A DNA stretch of 54,630 nucleotides, filler included, from Sphacelaria rigidula (GCA_964200075.2; 5 parts of 5 records of this genome joined end to end with filler, not necessarily neighbours in it); one strand, 5' to 3'; shown: positions 36,470 to 49,593, counted from the first letter of the whole stretch. Made by a program: numbers and translations. Notes: a model not told the origin generated them from the sequence alone.

Positions 36470-36800
36470 AAGCTGTGTTCTGTAGGGTACGGTTTTCTGT
36501 ATACTCGGAGTGTTTTTCTGGATATTCACCATACCCGACAGTTCTGTACACACTGAAAGACTTTCCTACTGTTACCCGATTCATGTGTGAGTTCTGTAGG
36601 CCTCGCGTAACGTTACCGGGGACACGGGCATTCTCTCGATAAGATACCCGGTTGCGGGTACGGTTTTCTGAGCAGCCTCCATATCCTGCCCGACAGTTTC
36701 TGTTAGTTTTGTACGCCTCCCATACCCTTACCCAGTTCTGTGAGTTTGTACATAATGTGTGCCCGTGCCCGGAGCGCGGGAATGCCCGATCGACACATGA
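36470..36800 (+). mobile_element. TACCCG-repeat TIR family copy in a DDX27 intron
   Basis: AGCTGTGTTCTGTAGGGTACGG end, followed by TACCCGACAGTTCTGT units. Confidence 0.6.
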
Positions 36801-37670
36801 TACTGCAGGCTTGTATGTACAATCCTTCACCCCCTCCCCCGGCCTCCACAGGCTGGTGTGACGGAAGGATTCCGCCGCGGCATCTCCAATACGTGTCAAT
36901 TACACCACGACTTAGCTATCGCCTACGAACATTTTTCATCCATCTCATCTCATTCCATACCAAGTGTACCCAGATCTGCGACGACATACCCACCTCGAAT
37001 TGAAACAGGGGGCGCGTCGGACACGATAAATGCGGTGATTTCATGATATCTCACATCTTGGGCTAGAAGACACAAAGAGGCAGCACAGGACTGGCCGAGC
37101 ATCCTCACCGGAGGGGTGGAGGGAGGGGGCGCCGCACTACTTTTGTACCCTCGTCCAGTGATCGGGGGCGAGGCAGGGTTTCTCGAAATTGCTGGCTATT
37201 TTGATACCAACCTACGAGCTTGTGGGTGACAGCGCGTACCTAAATACTGTGCTTCCCGGATTGCTCCCTTGGCTTTTTTACTTCTCGCTGGGTCTTTTCG
37301 TAAAAGCCATGCCGTAAGGGGTGATCGATTATAGTCCCTTGTTCATCATTTTATATTATTATATCTCCAATTTTGTATTTCTCGTCGTTTTGTTTTCATC
37401 GGGACCGGTTGTTCTAGAAACTCTTCTTCCCTTTCCCTTTTCTACGCCTTCATATTTTGGGACTTCTTTCGTTTCTGGTCAGTTTACTTCGTTTTTTCTC
37501 CCTACGATCCATCTTCACATTCCTTGTTTCTCAAGTTTCTTTAGCGAGCGTTTCCATTATGGTTCATCTTGGCTGAGGTACATTCATCTGGTGGTTCGAC
37601 TGGACCCCTTGGGAATCACGTAACACGCGACAATCAATCTATCAATCTTCGCTGTGGTGCAGTCCTGTAC

Positions 37671-37812
37671 CTTTTCGCGGCCGATTGTGGACAGCTCACG
37701 CAAAGCATCCTGCTCCAGCCCTCGTGCCTCATCATCCTTCTCCCCGTCTTCATCCTCATCCTCATCCTCATCATCGCCTGTTCCATCATAACCGAATTTT
37801 GTCTCATCATCA
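37671..37812 (-). CDS. DDX27: DDX27-like N-terminal acidic exon (acceptor uncertain)
   Basis: GDDEDEDEDEDGEKDDEARGLEQDALRELSTIGREK, with an AAG|GTACAG donor in phase with the 36147 exon. Confidence 0.65.
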
Positions 37813-38409
37813 CTATAATGAATCAATTGTGTAAGAGTCGAATCGCCCGAGGTGTCCATATAATAAATCGAGATCTTGACTTGTGGAAGATGGCCGCTAG
37901 ACATACTTCATCCTTCCATGAACGCTCGAAGAGTTCCAGCACATGAACACGGAATCAGGGGAAAATACCTCAGACATACATATATGAAAATGTACGGTCG
38001 TGCGTGCGACAAAACATCATCGGACGCTACATATTCCAAGGGGGGGGGAAGTTCGTGATACATCTGTCGGTCATCAAGCTAAACCATTTGGCGTCAAACC
38101 CCCTCCAGCTCAAGATTGACCACTGAAAGTATACGGAAAACAGCCGCTTCGCTCAAAAGTCCAGGACTCGAGCACCACGTAGCAAGACAGTTCGGTTGTT
38201 TCCAGTGATAGTCGTACATAAACTGCTCCACCAGGGGTCCAGCCGTGGTACACGGTGAATAATCATTGAGCGTGGTGCTTGCAGCGGGGTTAGGGTTACC
38301 AATGTTGCCGGTCCACCGGTAATAACTGTTTCCAAAAAGAGTTATTGTGCCCAAGCATTCGGCCGTTGCGGTGAAGGCGTTCCTCCGTTTCTTGCTTCAC
38401 AGTGCTTAC

Positions 38410-38683
38410 CGTTCATTTTCACCAGAGAAGGTCCTTCAGCTTTGACCCGTTCCCCTTCACGTTGTTCTTCCTCCTCCACGTCCATCTCCTGCCCGTTGCT
38501 GGAGTCGTCGACCTCTTGTCTTGTGCTCGCGTCCTGTGTCGAGGCTTTGCTCCGCTTTTCCGCCTTTTCTTTCTTCCGAAGCTCTGACCTTTTGGCTGCT
38601 ATCCTGTCGTCAAGAACTTGCCCCGTCCTAGCGCGCCTAGGGTCTTGCTTCGCCAGCTTTGCAATCGCACCTTGACGGAACAA
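38410..38683 (-). CDS. DDX27: DDX27-like N-terminal exon (5' boundary uncertain)
   Basis: GAIAKLAKQDPRRARTGQVLDDRIAAKRSELRKKEK..., a charged N-terminus typical of DRS1 proteins. GTAAGC donor. Confidence 0.6.
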
Positions 38684-39508
38684 TTTTGGGTAATTTTGGT
38701 AACCTGATCACTGAAACAAAGCAAAATGATGCATGAACCATGAGTGTCAGCATACATACACGTCCAACTACGCCCACACATGTGCATTGGGAAATGGTTT
38801 CCTCCACACGAGTATCTCCTCCACATTCAGATTGGGAGAGGGGGAGGCTTACTCACTTGATGCTTGCCACGACCATTGGCCACGCATCCCTTCCGAAACA
38901 GATTGGGGGGGGAATATCTCAAACTCGACGTTCGCGGTGTGTTTCAAACTCATTTACAGTCAAAATTACCGGGAACCCCCAGTTCGAGATACCGTCAGCA
39001 ACACCCGCCGATCGGGAAATTTTCTTAGTACTGCAGGTTTTGAGAGAAGCTTGAAAAGCACTTGAAGAAGATTCAACCCGGGGATGTGTCGGCGTTGTGG
39101 AGGTGGAGGTTTGGCGTCTGAATACGGAGGAGCATCACAATAACCCTTGAACATCGAGCGTCGCCTCGGAACAGTTGCACAGGCTGTCGGCCCACGGACA
39201 TCCGGAGTTTCCCACCAAGCAGAGGCACAGCAGCATGCAGTAGATTGTATCCAGTGAGAGCGATGGGCACGCTGAACGTATCTTGTCGTTATATCCAGCG
39301 AAGACATACAGCACAAATACTGACTTTGCACTCACGTAAATACCACGAAAAATAAAAGTGAGTGTGATCGTTAGGGAGGGGGGGGGGGGATTAGCCCCCG
39401 AAAAGTGTCCGGGATGTGCGACGATACCTCACCGACCATGCACCACGCTTAACGGAGGATCCTGTTAAATGGGGTTGAACCAGGGGTCCATCAATTTTAT
39501 TTTCAAAG

Positions 39509-39594
39509 AACACAACCTCCGAAGGTTGAAATAATCACGAAAAAGAGGGTTAACACAACCTCCGAAGGTTGAAACAATCACGAAAAAGAGGGTT
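39509..39594. repeat. Tandem duplication of ~43 bp
   Basis: AACACAACCTCCGAAGGTTGAAA(T/C)AATCACGAAAAAGAGGGTT occurs twice. Confidence 0.85.
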
Positions 39595-40882
39595 CGAGGG
39601 GATTGGGTGCCGGGCGGCAGGTCTGTGCTAATTACTTGATCTTAGTGTACTTGAATCTAGAATGATAGTTAACCATTTGATCTTTGTGTACATTTTCACC
39701 AACATTTGATGATTGTATGAACACTGGAGCAAGGTCAAGCAACCACACACAGCCTAGCTTCTTCACGAATGAAAAATGCACAACAGCGTTTGGATATTGC
39801 GCGCGAAGTAGTCTTTCTGCTTGCCAATGAGCACCTCTGGATATTCGAAAGTGACCGCAGGTCAGAGAAGTTTCGGCCCGGTTGCAGCAACCGCAACCTT
39901 CAAGGCGTTCAACGCAAGAAGACTGTCCCGCAAATGTCGCGAAACATGTTCGCTACTTGCGTCTTCGAATATGAATGAGAGTGCAAGATGGATTGCAACC
40001 AAATGGCTTGAATCCCCAGCAAAAAAAAAAATCGACTGCCTTCGTTCGTCGAAAGTGACCCGGGTTAGCGGGATGTTCCTCCACCCACCCCCGTTATACT
40101 CCTATACGTTTTATTATCGCGCACATACACTGTACATGTCACCTACCAGCGCACGAACGTGTCTGGCACCTCGAGACCTCGCCTCGAGACCAACGCGGCA
40201 CAGAGCGGCAACATACGAATCACAAAAAAACGGGTTCTTGAAAAATCGAGTCCAAAAAAGGGGTTCGTAGGGGGTGGGGGTCGGTCATTTCTAATCCTGA
40301 TGTACGCTTAGTTATACATCAAAATGACGTTCATACACGGACGACCTCATCCCCCCGATTTCCCTGAAACTATTTTGGGGGGTTTGAAGCATTTCGTTCC
40401 CGCAGAGGGTATGTGTGAAAACGCATTTCTACCACCGATTTTGAGGTCAAGAGGAGGACGCTTTTCGAGGGGCCCCATATCGGGAAATGACGGCACCCTC
40501 CCAAGCTGTCGAAAATGAGGAAATGACTGATCAAATTGGCAAGCACTCTACTTTTCCTGTTCCTTCACCAGTACACGGAATTAAACGATTATTTCGATCA
40601 CACAGGGTCCGCCTCGACGTGAGCAGCCCAAGACCGAGAGTTTCGATGTGTTGGTTGGTTTTCTTGTGGCCGTCGGGGAGCAAATGTGTCTACTGGATAA
40701 TGAGTATTGAGACGCGCTGACTTTGGCAAAACCGGTGGTTACCAACGTGGCACTATCGCAGTGCTACGACCGGTATGCTGGGGAGGGCGGTGTACGACGA
40801 ATATTTCTGTGCTGTTACTGAATGACTAAAATGTACACGCTGTAAGTTGACCGCGGTGTCACCAGTCGGCATGAAAATATTC

Positions 40883-41107
40883 AAGGTTGTGTTCTGTAGG
40901 GTATACCCGGAAGTGGGTGATTCTTGGTTCACATACCAAACTATAGCAAAGTTTGTAACGCACATTCCACTATGGCTCGGTAGGGCATCGAGCCCTGTTC
41001 CGAACACTCCGGTAAGGTTCCGAAGGGCATTTTCTGATACGACACCTCCTTGAGACTTCTGTGAATACCTGAATTTCCAGAAGGTATATCCTACAGAACA
41101 TAAACTT
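40883..41107. mobile_element. Short MITE of the TACCCG family, Harbinger/Tourist-like ends
   Basis: AAGGTTGTGTTCTGTAGGGTATACC is inverted to GGTATATCCTACAGAACATAAACTT. Confidence 0.65.
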
Positions 41108-41717
41108 AAATTGTTATGATGTTGTAGATATGTACAATGTGTGAACTGCACATGATCACGCAATTTGCCCCCGTTTGGGTAGACAGCTGTGTTCATACAA
41201 GGCCCATGTCTACAGGTCACCATCATACTGAACCGCCACACGAGACAGGGAAAGGTTGCAAAGGGAGATGTTATCGACGTGGTGTGGCCAAAAGGAGTAT
41301 CCAACATTGAGGTAGTGGCAGTTCCCAAATGAAATCTTTGCGAAGCGGTACTTGTTGAGTTGTATTCAATATACAGGCAGTACATAAAGTACAGTGCTGG
41401 CTTGTACTGTCTCCACAGTATGTATGTTGGGTCGGCTCATTTCCAACTAATCGCAAAGCGAGGTGTCGTCGAGCCAGGGATAGACAGTACAGTGCTTTTT
41501 CGCCGGCAGCGTTACTACTATAAAATAATACGATGTCGCCCCTCCTGATTGTGTTGACTGTTCGTATCATTTCACGCTCGTTGTGCCCGCCACCGATTGC
41601 AAAATTTGAGGTATTCTGTGTACTGAGACGGTTGCTACCGCACTACTGCCCGTCACGTGAGTTTGTTGTGTGAGGTAGGGCCCTCACCATCTGCTGCACA
41701 CTACACCACTTGCGGCG

Positions 41718-42180
41718 ATGTGTGAGTGTTGTCGTCCCATCTATTCTGGGCGCCGGTCTACACCTTTCGGTATATGTGGGCGCACCAGGCGGCATCACTA
41801 GGAGCTTTTTATTTTTCACTTACTTTTAGTAACCCACCTTCCCTTTGCGGTGCTTGCCTTTATTTTTATCGCGAGAGGGGTCCAGCTGTCCCTTCCCCTC
41901 GTCGGCCGTTGATTCCATTTTTTTCTACCCACGACATGGTCGCTTTCCACTGTTGGGCATGGTGTGAGAAAAAATCCCACATCGCTCCGAGACTTGAACT
42001 CACGACCCAACCGTCAGAAGGTAACGAGGTTACCAAGTCGTACTTTGTGTACCCACGACTCAGTCGCTTTTCACTATTGGGAATGGTGTGAGAAAAAATC
42101 CCACATCGCTCCGGGAATAGAACGCACGACCTAACCGTCAGAAGGTTTCGAAGTTATCAACTGAGCCACCGGGGCGACGG
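41718..42180 (-). mobile_element. SINE family A with a duplicated head region
   Basis: The TACCCACGAC...CAACCGTCAGAAGG block occurs at ~41927-42037 and again at ~42045-42178. Confidence 0.85.
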
Positions 42181-42676
42181 GCGATACTACTGTACCAAGC
42201 GGCGGACTTCTGAAGTAAGGGTTTTCGATCCCTACTACACCGGTAGCTACTGTGCGTGCGTGCGTGCGTTGCAATCCCATCTATCCTGTACCTGGACGGG
42301 ACTATTCATGTGTGAGTTCACCGCAGGTGACACAAGCACAAAATGCAAATGATGACCAGTAACACCGTCTGCACGCAGGCTAGATGATGGTCTCGAGTGT
42401 CCAAATCCCCAGGATTTTTCGTACACTATATTATAAGGTAGGTTTTTGAAAACTGACTTTTTTGAAAAAAAGTCGTCCACCCGATTTTTTTTTAGTGACT
42501 TTTTACAGTCTTTGAGAAGCGGCCTGAAAGTCCTCGTTTACTAATACTAATAAATTATGGCTGACGTCAGGGTCGCTCTTTGCTCTCGGTCATTTTTGTT
42601 CAAAATCTCCACTTGTGCGAGACCCGTAGTGTCGATACCTGCGGCACTACTGCCACGCACGTGAGCCATACCACTA

Positions 42677-42760
42677 GTATTATTTATTTATTTTCATTTT
42701 TATTTTTGTTTGTCACACTTTGAACCCCTCCCGTTCCTCGGGATGAGGCCGTGTCCCATC
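42677..42760 (-). mobile_element. 3' fragment of SINE family B (or of its partner LINE)
   Basis: A TATT-rich tail plus CACTTTGAACCCCTCCC.T.CCTCGG, shared with 9584-9660. Confidence 0.65.
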
Positions 42761-43545
42761 ATTTTGTTTTCGACTCGAACGAGGTCGTGCGGCAGAACTG
42801 ATTCAGTTCGTTTCGCTACGTTTGGGCCGAGCGGATTTGCACGCAAGCGAAATTCGTGAAGAGGTACTTCTTTACTTATATTCAATAGGCAGTACAGTAC
42901 AGACAACAGACAGTGGAGGCCTGTACTGCTCAGGTCGTGCGTGTTTCGCACAGCGTGTAGGCGTGATGCGGAGAAGAAGCAGGCTACGCGACACACAGAC
43001 AGCACAGCTTTCTTACTCTGTTCATACAGGAGGATGCGAAGCAGATTTGAACCACGTGCAGTTTTGCACCGCCTCTACTGTCCATGAGCGCATTGGCAAT
43101 TCGATCACCCACCCCAACACGCAACTCCGTCGGTGGACCATGCCATAAATTCAGGTGCCCACGTTTTCACCAACAAAGAAACACATCATGCCAAAAAAGT
43201 GGTGGTCTCGGTTTCCCATCTCTGCAGTGTATGTATCCCTGTGTTCAGTTCGTCATCTATGCCGCAGGGTTGAGTAGGTAGCTGCGAATGAACCATTCGG
43301 CTTTTGCGTAGTTTTGTGGAAGGGTGGTATCTGGCACGTTTGTCTGCAACATGGAAAGTTACGTGCACCTTGGTTCATTCCGCCACTCATTGGCCTCGAA
43401 AATGCTACTTCTTTCTGTTTTCGACCCTGCTCGTCGCGCGCAACTAACTATACAATGGACTTGAAGCTATCTGAGAACATAAATGCCGTGGACGTATCTG
43501 ATAGGGCTTCGTAGCGACCAATCCGATTCGATCCGTGTTTTCGAA
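42760..43545 (-). mobile_element. Unclassified dispersed repeat (uninterrupted copy)
   Basis: Reverse-complement homologue of 17150-18190. Confidence 0.7.
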
Positions 43546-43610
43546 TCGAAAAATATTGAGAAAACACGGCCTGAGTCCGTGGTTTCAAGGGATCAACTTC
43601 TGTCGCGGTA

Positions 43611-43685
43611 ATGTGTGTGTGTTGTCGTCCCATCTATTCTGGACGCCGGTCTACACCTTTCGGTATATGTGGGCGCATCAGCCGG
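43611..43685 (-). mobile_element. SINE family A 3' end, cut by the contig end
   Basis: TGTGTGTGTTGTCGTCCCATCTATTCTGGACGCCGGTCTACACC... Confidence 0.8.
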
Positions 43686-43785
43686 NNNNNNNNNNNNNNN
43701 NNNNNNNNNNNNNNNNNNNNNNNNNNNNNTTAATTAATTAANNNNNNNNNNNNNNNNNNNNNNNNNNNNNNNNNNNNNNNNNNNN
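43686..43785. other. Artificial contig linker
   Basis: 44 N + TTAATTAATTAA + 44 N. Confidence 0.97.
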
Positions 43786-43929
43786 TGCTTTGAACGACGA
43801 TCTGACTCAAAATTTCGAGCAACAAATGGCCCAAAATACCCCCCCCCCCTATCGTAACCCGGCGTGCTCCGTGCCGGCTTTGTAGGGATGCGAGGTCAAT
43901 GGTCTGATCACTATGGTATGCATGATCAT

Positions 43930-44710
43930 GAGTACCCCTATCGTAGGATGACTCAAGGGTATGAAGGCCTTACAGAGTTTATAGAACTGTCGGGTACCGG
44001 TATGAAAGTCTTCCAAAAGTCAAAAATGTATCGGGTAAGGGTATGGGCGGTTTACAGAAAATCTTACCCTTACCCGGGTTTTTTAAACAGGTATACCCGT
44101 GCTCCGCTTACGGGTATGAGAGGCGCACATAACATACAGAAGTTTCGGTACATGTGCGTAGGATCGTCAACATATATCGGCTGCACGTATATTCCCGGAG
44201 AGTGCATGAAGAAACTTTGACGGCTGCCCCCTCCCTGAAAGCCCTTCGGAGCCACACAATCGTCGACGGCCCCGACGATTTCCGGTGGCAGCTCATACGC
44301 TTCGCCGGACATGTCGAGAACAGCTGGGGTTTGATGGCTACGACACAACCACAATCAACGTCGATGACGTACATCTTGCTGCTTGATCCCCCTGGTGGCA
44401 CAGATGAACCGCCCCTCACTCGACCCACCACTCGAGTTTGGGGGTGATCCATCCTGACGGCCTGCAGTGCTGCTCGTGTTTCATGTTTTCCCAGGATCTC
44501 GTATCCCATCAGATTCTAAACTTTACAGCTGTGAATTTTCACTGTTGTACAATGTTGAATGAAGAAGGTGGGTGAGTTGATTGGTAGGAGGTACATGTTC
44601 AGGTCATGAGGTTGTCTTTGGATTGAACCTATATCCATACCTCCTCAAGGTGTACACCTGTGCTCGTACCTACATCGGGTGTATCTACAATGGAATATCC
44701 CTAACCCCGC
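43930..44710 (-). mobile_element. TACCCG-family element with a decayed ORF start
   Basis: CGGGTA repeats at 43930-44205. Region 44355-44710 is homologous to 2545-2905 (GGSS.PPGGSSSK..IDVD). Confidence 0.65.
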
Positions 44711-44766
44711 GTAGGGTCATGGGAGGCCACAATGTGAGGCCACACACGTTTTTGTCAATTGACCGG

Positions 44767-44961
44767 GTGGACCCGGCGATTGCAAGAGTCATGAAGGCGC
44801 GGAAAACGTTGGCACACACGCTCCTCATGGGCGAGCTGTTCTCCCAGGTCAAGTTCCTTGTGTCCACGGTGGACCTCAAGAAAAGGATAGAGTCGCTCAT
44901 AGAGAGAGACTACACCGAGAGGGATCGTGACCAGCCTGGTATCTACAAGTACCTGGCATGA
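44767..44961 (+). pseudogene. Cullin (CUL4-like) C-terminal neddylation-domain exon, orphan and degenerate
   Basis: VDPAIARVMKARKTLAHTLLMGELFSQVKF...DLKKRIESLIERDYTERD...IYKYLA*. The expected acceptor reads CGG instead of CAG, and no upstream cullin exons are seen in this contig. Confidence 0.8.
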
Positions 44962-47234
44962 CCAAGGCCGGTGCGCCTGCGCCGCTCGGGGAGCGAATTG
45001 AGTCACACACGCCTTTTGTTTTTGTCTCGGCTGTGGTGCTTACTTGGCTACATGGCTGGGTTTTGATGCGTTGGATAGGTGATGTTATGCGGGAAAAATC
45101 GGCGGGGGATGAAGGTAGTTGTAGTTGATATCATTACATTCCAATCACGAAACGGGCTAGTTATCTGGGGGGAGGAAGTAGGGTATTCGTGGGCTGTACA
45201 AGGTGGGTGTCATGGTGCGGTGGGTACGTGGATGTGTAAAGTATGATTACACACTGTAGGCTCTACTTGCGAAATGTGTCGGGCGTTTGTATTCAGGAAC
45301 CTAACGGTGTAGGGATTTGTGGGTACCTGGAGTGCTTCGTGGCGACTGGAGCGCTGTAAAACCAAACACGGACGTTGATTGGAAGTGGTGTAACACGGTG
45401 CGTTTCCCTTGTGTTGTATTACCAGGGGTGAGAAGGGGAACGAAAGAGGTGACGACGCCTGCGCTTCATTTCCTTCACACGGGACGCGTCAAGCGCTCGA
45501 AGACATCGACCGCGTTTGGAGGGTAGAATCATTGCCCGGTGCTTGTTCGCATGGGTCGGCTGTTTACGCCATCGATCGCGCATCATTGTGGCGGGCTGTG
45601 TTGTTTGTATTCATCACACAGGCGAGAGCGCGAAACAGTCCATCAACGGCGCGGGGTGCCATCTCCACGGTGGGGAGTCGAATGCTTGCTGACTGAGGAG
45701 ATTCCGCCAATACCGACAACAACGGTTCGTTCTTAGATAATGGGTGAGTTTCCAGCTTATATTGGGCGGCGAATCTGTGCCTTCTGAGCTATGGCGTGGG
45801 TACCCAAGAGCGGCAAAGACAGCTCACGTATTTGGCGGCGGATGTGTCGGAAGATGTAATAGGGAAAAGGGAAGTACAATTTCTCAAAGCTCTCGTACTG
45901 AGACAGTGGCAGCCCTGCAGGTAGTGCTTACGCCTAAACGTTCTCTATCGTGGGGAGAGCTGCATCACTTATGAGCGTTGTCATTTGTTTTCTCGTGTAA
46001 CTGGGTGCCATGTATCTTCTTACTGAACGCTAGGTTCCGACGTCTCGAGACGACCCTTTTCAAAGCACGAAGTAGGTGTTCTCGGCGCTCTGGTCGAACC
46101 CACCACGTCAATTGATTCTACAAGCTGATGTTCGGAAACTGACGGCCACCAGCGACGCATGGCCACGTCCTAGTGTGACTTGAATCTTGAATAGCGCAGC
46201 ACCACCACCACCATCTAAGTCGGGGCACTTTACTGCATCGTGCTCACAGCAAATACGGGTACGCTTGCTTGGCAGCCGCTCTGGCTTTTACCTGGATGAA
46301 CGCGGGTGCTCTGGTATTCCAGAGCAACACACTAAAGTTGCTTCCCGGCGGTTGTCGGAGCCAGCTGGGACTTCCAGCTGTCGCAAGTTGGGCCGGCTGA
46401 GACCTCGGGGACTCGCTGAAAGCGCCACACGCACTCACGTTTTTGAGTTGATACATGAACATTTGTGTACGTGATTTGCAAAGTACTAACGGACACGTTC
46501 TGATCCCTACCGTCTCGGTCCCTCTTCCCCGAAGTCGGAAAGGGAAGCTGCGCGTCGCGATGTTTGCACGAAGATCGGTCTGCATACAAACGTACGTTGA
46601 ATACTCGAAGTGTTTCGGCTATGACTCACGAGGGTTGTACGGTAGGGATGAACGTTTTAGTCCGATTGTTTTTTTTTCTGAAGCTGCACACTAAGACCTA
46701 GGTGCTTGTCGTCCAGAGACTCCGACAGTGCAGAGCCTGAGAAAAGACATGTGCACCCCTGCCGCAGAACCACTCTTCCGAATGACGATTCACGGAATAA
46801 CACCCCTACTGCTCTTCATCTCGCCTAAGGAGTGTGACGCGCTGAGAAAGTTGGGGGAAGATTCGGAATATTTGCATTTCATGAGATCCTTTCAGAACCT
46901 TTTGTCAGATTGATTGTCTAGAATTTGATGGAGTGTGGGTTTTTGATTGGATTAGCGCCGGGGGTGTCCAACTATGGAATCGGTATCATTTTCACTCGAG
47001 AAGTTACGGTGTGACCCAGATAGCTAACCCTAGTGATGGTCAACGGGTTGATTCCGAAGAGGCATAGTCTAGTGGGAAGGAAGGAAGAAGGGAACACGTG
47101 GATGTGCTGCATGAATGGGGTAGGTGGTCGTTGAATCGGCATCATGTACACCCCAAAAATAAGGAGAAACAATGCCGATGCAAGAGATCGCTTACCGTGG
47201 CGGTGGGAGGGTTCATTCGCATTAAAAATGGAAG

Positions 47235-47465
47235 GGCAACGTGCAATAAAAGGGTATATCCCTATGTTGTTGGAACAAAAAGGGGTCAGGCATTTTTCGG
47301 TTCGGGGCGCAGCGCTGCACGCGGGCTCAACACCTCGGAAACACGTTCCAGCGCCTCAACCACACGCCCTGGGCAGCATGCCCGATCATTTTTTCCTTTC
47401 ACACGTGGTATTAGGCTCTACTACGGCGCAGACGAGGACAGCCTGTTAGATCACCCTCTTTTCCC
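47235..47465 (+). mobile_element. Solo, diverged TIR of the MULE family
   Basis: ATAAAAGGGTA...GCTGCACGCGGGCT...CACGTTCCAGCGCCTCA...GGGCAGCATGCCCGA, as at 25706-25920. Confidence 0.75.
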
Positions 47466-47479
47466 AACAACAGTGCCAC

Positions 47480-48520
47480 ATGAATCAAGAGTGTAACATC
47501 TGTACGAATCACAATTCCCGTATGAATCACTGGTGAGAAACCCGTACACTTGATTCATTGCGTATGAATGGAACGTGGGGAATATACATACGTACAATTA
47601 TTCATACTGCATGAATAGAAACTGGGAAACATGAACACGTGAATCACGTCGTATGAACGTGAGGCGGAGAACGCGGGCGTATGATTCGTGCTGTATATGC
47701 ATGGAATCTGGGAAACGTGTACGGTTGATCCACCTCGTATTATATGAACGGAAGGTGAGGAACATGTATCTACAGTACTATACCTCACGCTTGCGTGAAG
47801 TAGAGGGGAAATACATGCACGCGTGCTTCATCCCGTATTAAGGGAAAGTGGCACGGTTAGGACGACTAAACTTGTGATTCAACCCATAGAATCATTCCAA
47901 CAAATAAATCACACGATTCGTACATCATTTGTAATTTATACAGCTTTTCAGCTCGTGCGTCGTGCAGTACATGTCAAAGGTACCTGCTTCCTACCTTGCG
48001 TGAATACCGGGGTAAATAATGGCCATATAGTCATCCCCTGCACTGCGAGTTGAAATGGGTCGATTGCACATGCCACGCACTTCTTACCACCATGAGGGGG
48101 GAGCGTCATGTACAACTTGCTTGACCGAGTCGTTCGAGGTGAGCGTCCGTATATTTGTCTCACCTTCGGGTTAATGCGGGACCACCAATTTGTACAGGTT
48201 GGATGTTGTCATTTCATGGGCCCTGGATCGCGCGAAATTTTCTCCCAGCTGTTACCCGCGCAAGATACCTGCGCTGCATATGTGTTATCCACCCTCGACT
48301 CAGCGGGGTCAAGAAATTTATACAGGTTGAATGCTGTCATTTCATGGGGAGTGAACTCGTGTGAACTCTGATTCGTCCTAACCGTGGAAGGTGGGGAGCA
48401 TGTGCCAATGATTCATGCTGCACGAATGCAAGGTGGAAAACAGGTACATGGGATTCATGCTGCATAAATGATAGGGGAGAAATACAATATGTCCCCATGA
48501 CTCATGCCGGAGGAATGAAA
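47480..48520. repeat. Region rich in short TGAATC/GATTCA motifs, probably TE subterminal repeats
   Basis: Numerous (T)GAATC(A) and GATTC(A/G) motifs in both orientations, with no convincing ORF. Confidence 0.35.
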
Positions 48521-48869
48521 GGTTTTGTAGTACTGTTGTCTATTGTCCGCTTTACAGATTGCACAGTACTTCGCTATGCTGAACGACACTGCACTGTACT
48601 GTCCGCTGGCTGCAGTGAGCGTTGCCGGAGTGTTTCGGAAAACTCACGAGAACATGTGGGGCCGCCTCTTGCAGTACTGGTGCTGTGCCTGAGGCTGTTT
48701 TCGTACTGTTTCATGTCTTCGAGCCAACCGGACCGCAGAATAGAACAAGACACCGCAGAAAGGCCGTCAATCATAGCCTAGCTCGGCAAAGTAAACAGCT
48801 AGAGGAGTCGCTTCAAGCACGCAGATGCGTGCTGTGCTATACTATTCCGTGCTGTCCGCGGGTTGCAGT

Positions 48870-49322
48870 GTATCCTTGCTTCCCAGTGCATTCACGTGTT
48901 CCCTGCTTGCTTCCTTGTGACTGGACTGCTCGCGGCCATCAGCCTACTTGCTTCCCAGCACATCTTCACGTTCCCTTCTTCCTTCCTTCCCACTAGACTG
49001 CTCGCGGACCTCGGCCTACTTGCTTCCCAGTGCTGCGTTAGCGTATTCCCTGCTTGCTTCCTTGTGACTGGGCTGCTCGCGGCCATCGGCCTACTCGCTT
49101 CCCAGCATATCCACGCGTTTCCTTCTTCCTTGCTACTAGACTGCTCGCGGCCCTCGGCCTACTTGCTCCCCAGCGCTGCGTCTACGTGTTACCTGCTTGC
49201 TTCCTTGTGAGTGGGCTGCTCGTGGCCATCGGCCCACTTGCTTCCCAGCACATCCACGCGTTGTATCCTTCCTTCCTCACCACTGGACTGCTAGCGGCCC
49301 CTGAGCTACCTGCTTCTCAGTA
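48870..49322. repeat. ~72-bp minisatellite, ~6 units, alternating A/B
   Basis: Recurring ACT(G/A)GACTGCTCGCGGCC(A/C)TCGGCCTACTTGCTTCCCAG. Confidence 0.85.
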
Positions 49323-49593
49323 GCTGGCGCACCTTGTCGATTTTTCCCTCGATGTCTTTGGGGAGGTCTGCGTGTGGACCAATCATCCGGTTAGTAGAGG
49401 CGGAACAACAGCAACATTCGGCTTTGAATCGTGAGCTGTTTGCAGTATTGGTCGTCTTTTGCGTCTCGTGCTTTCTCGTGCGGTACCCGAGCAAACCGAA
49501 CACCATTGACCAACACCCCATAAACTACGAAGACACGAGGCATCTCTGACTATCGCCACGGGAGCATGTCAAGGAGGGAAAATGCGAGACCAG

